From positions 1 through 64,000 of the IMG/VR virus record IMGVR_UViG_3300035698_014446: DNA of 64,000 bases; one strand, given 5' to 3'. The first letter of the stretch is position 1, and every line of letters begins with the position of its first letter. The DNA comes from a virus. Below the pieces are notes generated by a model. The model did no database searches. It saw nothing but the letters and a program-made list of their open reading frames with translations, and had not been told where the DNA came from. The translations under genes and the position numbers were made by a program. This document shows positions 37,277 to 45,481 of the stretch, one piece after another.

Positions 37277-39878
37277 CAGTGTCCGATAATTTAGATATTA
37301 AGTTAGCTACGTTGCTCGGTACTCTCTTTTTCGGGTCGTTCTTACCAAAGATAACACACATTTCTTTGTGTTTACTCGGTACGTTTTTCATGATATTTTC
37401 TATCACTTTTTTCTCAACGACAAATAAACCTTTACTCACAAACAATTCAATTATCTCCTCTTCTGTTTTGATAACTGTATGTCCGTTCTTTGGTTTATCA
37501 TTAAGCGGATGATTAAAAAATAGTAATCCACCCGGTGTCATTATTCTGCAGATTTCGTTAACACCCGCCTCAAAATGATTGTGTGTTAACGCGTGATCAA
37601 GGACTTCCCAAGCAAAAACAATGTTTGTGGAACTGGTATTAATTGGTATATTGGAAAAATCACCCTTTAAACAATTGATTTTATATGGTAACTTATCCAT
37701 TTCCAAGAATTTGTCCATCAGTATATCAATTGAGTATTTTTCCGCCTTAAACGGGAAAAATCTTAGCGCACCACCATACGCTCCCCCACCTATCTCAACT
37801 ACTGTTTCTATAATTTCGAGGTCCATATTATCAGTAATCACCTGATCAACATTAAACTGGTTATATACTCTCTTGATGTCCTCTATATAATACTCATCCT
37901 TATTGCCCTCCCAATACTTCATTTCGAAGTCTGGCGACCATTTACCTAATATTTTGTGTCTTCTCTCCCGCCACATTTCAAGCACTTTGTTGTTTAACTT
38001 GTACAAAACTCCGCAAAGAGCCTTTGGTCTTCTTTTGGAATAGACACCCAATCTTAATAAACTTTGCCAAGACTCGCCCTTATAATGAATTATGTGAGTT
38101 TTAGTTGTTGGAACAATTCCCCTTGATTCATTAAAAAACTTCATCGGGAAACCTTGAAATTTTAAACCACTCACAACCATACCTTTTGTGAACTGATTCG
38201 GGTCGCGCGTATTAAGTATGAATCCAAATGATACCTGATCACCACCACCCCACAAAATATAACCATTCTTTTTTGCTGATTTATCAGCTTTCTGTGTTTT
38301 TATGGTTAATCTTGACCATTCCTTAAGAAAACTCCTAACTAACTCGGAATTTTTGGCCAACACTATGCCACAATTTATCGGCCAACTTATATTTTCATCA
38401 TCACGTTCCTTATAACAAAAACCGACGTCAAAATCAGTAGTAAAGAACTTACCCATTTTCCTGACAACCATCATGTCTGCGTCCATTAATACTACATTCT
38501 GTAAATCTTTGTTATCCTCAAGTATTTCATGCCATATTAATGATTTCTGCGCCGTTTTGTATTCTTTGTCACCAGCCTCACACCCTCCGTGTTTCGATTC
38601 CTTTAGTACCACGTATGGTAATATCTTTTTTATTTCATCAATGTACTCCGGGTCGATGTTATGGTAATAAAATATAACATTTGCCTTACCATCATACACC
38701 TTATCAATGCTCTGTAACAGAACGAACACGTTATCGATAAACTTATCGCCATAAGCGGAAAAGGCAAAAGTTATTTTGTTATCTTCTACATTCGCCAATT
38801 CTTCTTTCGCTACTGCCGTATCAATAATCTTATGAAAAACGTTGACCATGGAAGTACCAGCATCCTCCATACCAAAACATTCTTCGGCCTTAGACCTACA
38901 ATCAGCGGATATCTTCTCCCTGTTCTTTTTGATTTCTTCCCACGCTATGTGTATCGTATCAGCAAACATTTCCGTATTACGTGGGTTACTACTGAATAGT
39001 GCATATGGATTACCACTACCACCTATAATAGGTAACCCACAAGCCAATGCTTCCCTGATTATTCGCGTAGCTATTATATGCGGAGTAACTAATAAATCAG
39101 CCGCTCTATACTGTTCCCCCATATTAGGCATTAAAGTACACACATCGCCTAATAATCCCCTTTTACTCAACTGATTAATTATTATGTATATTGGGTCTTT
39201 TTTGTTGGAAGGAACACCATACATATGTATTCTTCCAGTTTGGCAATACTTTTCAATAAATCGTACAGCCGCAAATAAAATATTAAACGGTGTTGTATCT
39301 TCCCTCCACATATCGGCAATCATTATGTTGGGATTACCCCTACGTGTATCATAGTTACGTTTTTTCCCAACCGGTTTGTACTCATTCATATCAACCATTG
39401 ATGGAACAAATGCCATCGGTTTTTCTGGTATTAAATGTTGAAAATAGAATATATGTTCTTTCCAGAACGTAACCACGGCCTTGTATAGATCGTTATTAGC
39501 CACTTCTCTTATGAACGAATACACAGGTATTTGCCCATATTTTTCCAACAGGAATGAGTTTTCCGGTCTACCGTGGAGACACAGAATTATCGGTTTCCCC
39601 ATACCTTCTAATTCTATTGGTATAACCGAATGTCGTACGAATATGTCAGCATTTGCAGCCCAATCCATGGACTGTGTGACTATATCGTTGTCCTCTTTGT
39701 CCTCACACCCCTCGTTTTTCAAACACTTGGGACATACTGCACAATCAATGAACTGAGCATCTACCCCAAACATCCGTTCTGCGCGAATCAAGTCCCTTAC
39801 TGTGGCATACTGTCCCGATCTTCCGGGTCCGAATGCCGCAAAATGTGCTACTTTTAGTCCATTTAGATCAGTCGCCAT
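37269..39878 (-). CDS. Multidomain GT-B glycosyltransferase + GT-A (DxD) transferase + SAM methyltransferase
   Basis: LHGRPE..REALACGLP (GT4-like); MDADM..NCG..GGDQ..HYKG (GT-A); VEIGGG..EVLDH..PGG (MTase). Confidence 0.88.
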   Translation of the reverse strand: MATDLNGLKVAHFAAFGPGRSGQYATVRDLIRAERMFGVDAQFIDCAVCPKCLKNEGCEDKEDNDIVTQSMDWAANADIFVRHSVIPIELEGMGKPIILCLHGRPENSFLLEKYGQIPVYSFIREVANNDLYKAVVTFWKEHIFYFQHLIPEKPMAFVPSMVDMNEYKPVGKKRNYDTRRGNPNIMIADMWREDTTPFNILFAAVRFIEKYCQTGRIHMYGVPSNKKDPIYIIINQLSKRGLLGDVCTLMPNMGEQYRAADLLVTPHIIATRIIREALACGLPIIGGSGNPYALFSSNPRNTEMFADTIHIAWEEIKKNREKISADCRSKAEECFGMEDAGTSMVNVFHKIIDTAVAKEELANVEDNKITFAFSAYGDKFIDNVFVLLQSIDKVYDGKANVIFYYHNIDPEYIDEIKKILPYVVLKESKHGGCEAGDKEYKTAQKSLIWHEILEDNKDLQNVVLMDADMMVVRKMGKFFTTDFDVGFCYKERDDENISWPINCGIVLAKNSELVRSFLKEWSRLTIKTQKADKSAKKNGYILWGGGDQVSFGFILNTRDPNQFTKGMVVSGLKFQGFPMKFFNESRGIVPTTKTHIIHYKGESWQSLLRLGVYSKRRPKALCGVLYKLNNKVLEMWRERRHKILGKWSPDFEMKYWEGNKDEYYIEDIKRVYNQFNVDQVITDNMDLEIIETVVEIGGGAYGGALRFFPFKAEKYSIDILMDKFLEMDKLPYKINCLKGDFSNIPINTSSTNIVFAWEVLDHALTHNHFEAGVNEICRIMTPGGLLFFNHPLNDKPKNGHTVIKTEEEIIELFVSKGLFVVEKKVIENIMKNVPSKHKEMCVIFGKNDPKKRVPSNVANLISKLSDTDG

Positions 39879-39909
39879 GTTTCTTGTCCCTTAATTTTGT
39901 CTCGTTCTT

Positions 39910-39940
39910 AAAAAAGCGGACCCCCCACGGGGGGTCCGCT
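39910..39940 (-). terminator. Intrinsic terminator after MCP
   Basis: AGCGGACCCCCC-GT-GGGGGGTCCGCT followed by a T-run. Confidence 0.85.
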
Positions 39941-39973
39941 CGCACTCATACTAATCGCAGTTGTCGAAGCAAT

Positions 39974-41005
39974 TTACGCAATGGCTGAAACCCTCTGCCA
40001 CTGGGTTTCATTCAGGTACGCACCGTAACGACCCCACCCGGCAACAGTCTCGGCAAAGGCCAGAATGTCTGTCTCTGCGAGCAGAGTCAGGTCCATTCTG
40101 TTACCGATCTTGTTTTTGCGACCCGGAATCGTCAGATAGCCAAGAGGCTTGGACGAACCAGCATCACCGGTCCACTTCGTTGCTCCATCGTCATTGACGG
40201 TGGTCCAATCGAGGTAGGAGGTGTAAATCGGCGTGATGTTGTAGCTAAGCCCAACACCAGAAACGGTAAGAGTCCTTGCGGGATTCAATGCCATTTCGAC
40301 ACGATGCTTCATCGACAGGTCAGTGTACAGAATCAGCGGCGTACCAGCGGTAACGCCAAGGCCTGTATCCCGGTGACGATTGATCAGCGTGTACGCTGCG
40401 TCATTAATGGTGTACCGGTCTTTGTCAGTGGTCGTAGTGGCCAGCGACGTATACACGGTATTGTACGTTTGGGATAAGGACTGAATCATATCATAGAACA
40501 ACACGGCCTTTTCCTCAAACCATTTGCGTCTGAACTCAAGGGCGTTGTCCTCGATGGTCCACCATTCGCCATCGTCAAACCACGTTTTGAGCCATTGCAA
40601 GGCACCACCGTAAAGATTCAACGAAACGGTAACCTCTCCACCAGAAACGCTGTAAATCCGGGCTTTGTCGCCATCGCGGACCTTTTTGAAGGTCAGGCCG
40701 GACTGAGAACTTCTGACGGTGAAACTTCCCGTCTTAACGTTGGTCAGATCGATCGAGTCGAAAGCTGCTTCGTACCCGGTATCCAACTCAGCGATATCGA
40801 TGTGAAACTTGTCAACGATTTCAAGGACGGAATCAGGGAAATTCTGAGAACTTGTGAACTCCGTGATACCAGCCTTCCGAAGTAGCTGTCCAGCCCGCAT
40901 AGCCTGCGAGAAATTATGCTGGATAGCACCAATAAAGGCATTACGGCCTTTCTTGGTTCCGACATTGATCATGTCGTAATTGTGAAAAATCTTACCAGTC
41001 TTCAT
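39974..41005 (-). CDS. Major capsid protein
   Basis: 343 aa; follows protease-scaffold-decoration; C-ending codon bias, terminator; YGGAL..W..D and C-terminal GWGRYGA. Confidence 0.8.
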   Translation of the reverse strand: MKTGKIFHNYDMINVGTKKGRNAFIGAIQHNFSQAMRAGQLLRKAGITEFTSSQNFPDSVLEIVDKFHIDIAELDTGYEAAFDSIDLTNVKTGSFTVRSSQSGLTFKKVRDGDKARIYSVSGGEVTVSLNLYGGALQWLKTWFDDGEWWTIEDNALEFRRKWFEEKAVLFYDMIQSLSQTYNTVYTSLATTTTDKDRYTINDAAYTLINRHRDTGLGVTAGTPLILYTDLSMKHRVEMALNPARTLTVSGVGLSYNITPIYTSYLDWTTVNDDGATKWTGDAGSSKPLGYLTIPGRKNKIGNRMDLTLLAETDILAFAETVAGWGRYGAYLNETQWQRVSAIA

Positions 41006-41070
41006 TGCTAAATCTCCATAACAGAAAATTGTGAACTCACTTCAACACGAATATTGCTTGTTAGGCAATA

Positions 41071-41493
41071 TTAAGTAATAGTCAAGGCATCACTCGGAGA
41101 CTTATCATCTTCGAAGCCGTAACCATTGAAGTGAACCATCAGTTCCGAAACACCAACGGCTTTTGCCTCAAGAGCAATAGCCGTGGCCTTAACCTCGGAA
41201 CCCTGAGTCTCGAATTTCCCAGTACTCATTCGGAGACAAAGCTTCTCCCCTGCGTAAATCGCAGAAGCGGGGAATGCAGTAACCTGCAGCTTTGGAACCT
41301 CGTAAGCAGCGACGATAACACCGCTCGTTACAGTCTGCAACGGGAGGATGATCGCATCACTCCGTACTGCAAACGTACCGGCGGTAAAACCTTGTACATC
41401 CGAAACCTCATAAACCTTAGCCTCGCCCACCGGGCATCGGAATCCGAGGACATCCGAACCAGTGGTCGTACTAACATCACCAATACTTCCCAT
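41071..41493 (-). CDS. Capsid decoration / cement protein
   Basis: Size, AIYAGEKL..AIALEA motif, directly upstream of MCP. Confidence 0.6.
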   Translation of the reverse strand: MGSIGDVSTTTGSDVLGFRCPVGEAKVYEVSDVQGFTAGTFAVRSDAIILPLQTVTSGVIVAAYEVPKLQVTAFPASAIYAGEKLCLRMSTGKFETQGSEVKATAIALEAKAVGVSELMVHFNGYGFEDDKSPSDALTIT

Positions 41494-41602
41494 GATGTTA
41501 TCCTTCCGTATTTAAACACTTATCAACATTATTGACTGTCGTCAAACGAAAACATCAACTGCCGTTGACAAATATCCTATGCCGCTGACGCGACGTTACT
41601 AA

Positions 41603-42214
41603 TTAATCATCCTTCTTACTATCACCACCCCCGATTAAGGGGTTGTTCTTCGGGTCCGTCATGTCCACGTCTTCATCACCCACTTTATCCTTGAACAAGT
41701 CCGGGTTATCCTCTGGTTTCTTGTCGTCTTCCTTTACTTTTAGTTCGATACCGTGTTTTTCGATCAGTTCAAGTTCTTCCTTGACGGCATCGTTAACTTT
41801 TTCCTGACGCTGATCATTTGTGAGATCGCCTGACAAATCAACACCACGACCGGTAGATAGTCTGTCCTTGATATAATTGACTACCTGTGAAGACTTGTCA
41901 GCCAATTCCTTCGAACCGTCAACGAGAGAAGTTGTCTCCGCCTTGTCGCGAAACTTTTGGAGTTCCACACACCGTTGTTTGAGGACGACAATTTCCTTCT
42001 CAAGTTTTGTTTTGATCTTTGTCTCGGCGTCATGAGCAAGTTCAATGACGGTTCTATTCGTCGATATATCCTGCTTGTTGTACAACTCACTCATAGGAAT
42101 GTCCTGCTTAGCGATAGCTGCCTTGATATCTAGTAAAGACAACTCATCCTCTTCACCCTCTTCGCTAATGAATGCTCTTCTCAATTCTAACTCTTTTCTG
42201 TCCTTCATGTCCAT
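41603..42214 (-). CDS. Scaffolding protein
   Basis: Charged coiled-coil, acidic tail, position. Confidence 0.65.
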   Translation of the reverse strand: MDMKDRKELELRRAFISEEGEEDELSLLDIKAAIAKQDIPMSELYNKQDISTNRTVIELAHDAETKIKTKLEKEIVVLKQRCVELQKFRDKAETTSLVDGSKELADKSSQVVNYIKDRLSTGRGVDLSGDLTNDQRQEKVNDAVKEELELIEKHGIELKVKEDDKKPEDNPDLFKDKVGDEDVDMTDPKNNPLIGGGDSKKDD

Positions 42215-43002
42215 TACTCCTTATTCATTTCTTGAATTGTTGCTAACACACCAGCCCCGGAGAATCCCGGATTATTAACAGAAGAACTGCCAATGGCCAG
42301 ATTAGTAATTTTGTCTACATCCTTCACAAACCAAGTACTAAACTTATCTTCTCTCGCCAGTAATACATTCCCTTCAATAGAACATATGTTAAGTTTACCA
42401 CTCTTAATATCATCAATTATGTCCGAATCGGTGATATGTGCTACAGCAAGAGCGTGTAAACTGTCTTTTATAGTTTTGGTGAAAGAATGAATTACTCTTC
42501 CCACCTTACGTTTTATATCTTCGCCCGGAGCATTATGTCCGTGTATAATCCCTACTGCTCCTTCTTTGATTCTTCTTGACAATTCTTTTATAGCACGAAA
42601 AGACCATATTTTTCTTTCCTTCTTATGGTCAATCTTTCCACTGGAAACACCTTCACCACCGACATCGTATACAACTAAAAATGGATGTGGGTCTGTTCTT
42701 TTTATCTGTTGAAGGAGTTCTGAGGATATACAGTCAGATGCACTCATTTCTGAAATATGCGCAAATATTCTTACATCCATAGACTTGTTAACAAGTGCAT
42801 TACCGCGCCTTTTAGATACAGCCACTTTTTTCCTATTTACATACTGTATTCTTAGTAATAGCTTATCGGCAGCGTTTTTCGCACACAGCACATCACCAGT
42901 TAGGTCCTCAACCCTTTCAAACTCACGTACATAAGCTTTTTGAACATGAGCAGGTTCGTGCCTAACCGCTTTCGGAGGTACTGTAGAGTATACTATAGCC
43001 AT
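42214..43002 (-). CDS. Putative prohead protease with ChaB-like N-terminus
   Basis: VPPKAVRHEPAHVQKAYVREFE; HGHN, SIEG, LA..PGFSGA; position. Confidence 0.55.
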   Translation of the reverse strand: MAIVYSTVPPKAVRHEPAHVQKAYVREFERVEDLTGDVLCAKNAADKLLLRIQYVNRKKVAVSKRRGNALVNKSMDVRIFAHISEMSASDCISSELLQQIKRTDPHPFLVVYDVGGEGVSSGKIDHKKERKIWSFRAIKELSRRIKEGAVGIIHGHNAPGEDIKRKVGRVIHSFTKTIKDSLHALAVAHITDSDIIDDIKSGKLNICSIEGNVLLAREDKFSTWFVKDVDKITNLAIGSSSVNNPGFSGAGVLATIQEMNKE

Positions 43003-43015
43003 AATATTCCAGTCT

Positions 43016-43606
43016 TTATATTGCAGTAATTATCATTCCAACGCCGGGGCACTCACCACCCACACCCCCATCAGCTTCCCATACGTAAGGATAAAGGTAT
43101 CTAATACCGTTTGCGTCGAACCGCATCCACAGCATCTTGTTGTCACCATCAGCAAACACATTTACACCGCCAGGCCATTCATCATTAGTTAAGGTAAGTG
43201 TATCCAACCATCTACCTGTTTCCGTAGCCCCACCATCGCCAGACGCTCGTGCCGTACCTACTTGAGCAGCCTTAGTGGCGGCACTACATATTCGCATAGG
43301 CGGATTAAACCCGTTTGCAGACCCGGCCCAACCGCCTCTATTGGGTGATCTGTACCCAATCAAATCAAAAGCAAACGTATCATCGTCAGCACATACTTGA
43401 CCACCAAAACTCTGACCGAACATGGCAATAATCAGGTTTGAAAACTTGAACTCAAATAATGAAAACAAATCGATACAGTTTGCCTTTTGCTGGTGAAACG
43501 TAAAGCCAGTCAATACATTAGCTGCAGCCGCATCGTTTTCTGCCGCAACCGCCCTCAGGATTTCCTAAGGATGCATCGGCGTCATTAAAATATTTTCATC
43601 CGACAT
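43016..43606 (-). CDS. Hypothetical virion protein with in-frame amber at codon 14
   Basis: RBS GGAG + ATG 43606 is in frame with ORF 43513-43016; TAG at 43567-43565. Confidence 0.6.
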
Positions 43607-43646
43607 GTTAATAACTCCTACTAAAAATAGAATTTATTACCGATTA

Positions 43647-44435
43647 TTACGGAGCAGCCCAAGTATAAGCTGCACCAAGATCAAGATACGTGATTATTAT
43701 TGCATACCGACCAGCGGTAAGAGTAGTCCAATTGTCTTCGGGCTGCATATTAATCCAGATCGCTTTCGGGGATTGGGTTGAAGCAATAATAGGGGACCCA
43801 GCAGCAGCAGTTGTTATAAAATTATCCAAATCGTCAATAGTGTCCGTTGCGAGAACATCACCTGCACCACTTGATATACCTATATCAAGTGATATAATAT
43901 CATCGGGGTCAGCCTCGGAAGATACTACAGCCTCTATACATCGTACTTGCGCACTTATAAGTTCACCCCAACCCGGTACTAGTTGACCGAGATTGATAAA
44001 TTGTTCATTATTATTGGCTTGAGTATCATCAAACTGAAAATCATCCGCTGATGCGGCAACCACTATTGATATCGTTTTTACAACAGTTTTCAGACCCCAT
44101 ATTTGATCGACGGCTACTATTTCCCCAGATGAAATGACTACGTTACCAGAAGAAGCAACGATATCGCCTAATACTGCTTGAACATCACCCGCACTCGCAA
44201 CTATATTCCCGGTAGTGGCGGTTATGTCACCGGATGAAACCGTATGGCCGCCAGAAGCAGTAAAAGTACCATTTGTTACTTCTACATTTCCGCGCGAATA
44301 CCGAAGAAGGCCGCCGCCTCTTACCACCCACGGTCCGCTTCTTCTGCCTCTCTGACCAGCGGCGAATAAATACACTATCGACATAAAGCACAGTACGAAC
44401 AACAGACTTATTTGTTTTTTCCTTCTTTTCGACAT
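43647..44435 (-). CDS. Hypothetical structural protein with N-terminal hydrophobic segment and G(D/N)I/V repeats
   Basis: SSGDITATTGNIVASAGDVQ repeats. Confidence 0.6.
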   Translation of the reverse strand: MSKRRKKQISLLFVLCFMSIVYLFAAGQRGRRSGPWVVRGGGLLRYSRGNVEVTNGTFTASGGHTVSSGDITATTGNIVASAGDVQAVLGDIVASSGNVVISSGEIVAVDQIWGLKTVVKTISIVVAASADDFQFDDTQANNNEQFINLGQLVPGWGELISAQVRCIEAVVSSEADPDDIISLDIGISSGAGDVLATDTIDDLDNFITTAAAGSPIIASTQSPKAIWINMQPEDNWTTLTAGRYAIIITYLDLGAAYTWAAP

Positions 44436-44473
44436 CGTTAATTCCTTTTTTTTTTTTAGTTACGGACCGATTC

Positions 44474-44677
44474 TTAACTCTGTGGACCGACATCAACAGA
44501 GTTAGGTGATACTGCGCCACCCGGACCCAATATAACTGCCACTTGCTTTGGGCTGGTTCCACCTGCTGCTTCTGGGTTTATTAAAGGTTTTGATTCCGGT
44601 GTTACATGACCTATTGTATCAGCCGTTCTTGCACCTTCACCAGCACCTAAGTTCCTACTTCTCTGTCTGTTAGCCAT
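44474..44677 (-). CDS. Hypothetical protein
   Basis: RBS, coupled overlap. Confidence 0.55.
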   Translation of the reverse strand: MANRQRSRNLGAGEGARTADTIGHVTPESKPLINPEAAGGTSPKQVAVILGPGGAVSPNSVDVGPQS

Positions 44678-44990
44678 TACTATCTCCCTTATCTAAATTA
44701 TCAAGAATATCCCAAACTACTCCAACTATTGTGGCTCCGTGTACTTCACCCACATAATCACGTAGTTTTTTAAGATCGTTTATAGATATATCCGGTTCAT
44801 CAGAGCAATTAACAAGTGTTGCTAACTCGTACCTCTTGTATTTTAATTCGCCGGTTTCTCTCTGTGACTGAGGAGTATTCGCTAATATAGCATTGGTAAG
44901 TACGGTCCTAAGAATTATATTCTTTTTCTTATTGTCCTTTAGTGTGTCGTTGTTAAAATTTTTTAACTCTTGGGTTACGTCCAATTTCAT
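44670..44990 (-). CDS. Conserved phage protein often following fibre genes
   Basis: MKLDVTQELKN..K.KRYELA..LR..VG..IVG. Confidence 0.55.
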   Translation of the reverse strand: MKLDVTQELKNFNNDTLKDNKKKNIILRTVLTNAILANTPQSQRETGELKYKRYELATLVNCSDEPDISINDLKKLRDYVGEVHGATIVGVVWDILDNLDKGDSNG

Positions 44991-45007
44991 ATCATCACCT
45001 TTTTTAC

Positions 45008-45340
45008 TTAGTCCGGGGTCGGTGCATCTGTTCCAGTTATAATATTATCAGGAATACTATGTTTAGGGGGATTAATAATACTTATTTCATCATTAAACCT
45101 AACCTTATCCTCGTGCAGTTTAGAAAGACGAACTAAAGCACGTATTGTTTTAGAGAATACTCTTTTAACAAATTCAGGATTTGTTTCTAACGCCGATTTA
45201 TTTGCAAAAGAAAATTTTTGTGATGTCCTGTACACATCACCTTTTATTCTAATATCAAGTTGATTATTAACAAGTAACTTTATAGCCTGTAATACTACAA
45301 TATCATATTGATCTGGAATTTCTATACTTATTACAGACAC
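45008..45340 (-). CDS. Hypothetical protein
   Basis: GGAG RBS + GTG. Confidence 0.55.
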   Translation of the reverse strand: MSVISIEIPDQYDIVVLQAIKLLVNNQLDIRIKGDVYRTSQKFSFANKSALETNPEFVKRVFSKTIRALVRLSKLHEDKVRFNDEISIINPPKHSIPDNIITGTDAPTPD

Positions 45341-45353
45341 GTTATTCTCCTAT

Positions 45354-45464
45354 TTATCTTTTACCTTTACCTTTTGATCTTGTTTTTTTACATCCACCTC
45401 GACCACGATTAGCCCTTACACCCTTACCACTACCATTTCTTTTTGGTGTCCCTTTTTTATTCAT
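45354..45464 (-). CDS. Small Gly/Lys/Arg-rich protein (PKRNGSGKGVRANRGRGGC)
   Basis: 36 aa, AGGTG RBS, manual translation. Confidence 0.55.
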   Translation of the reverse strand: MNKKGTPKRNGSGKGVRANRGRGGCKKTRSKGKGKR

Positions 45465-45481
45465 AATCACCTTTTTAATTC

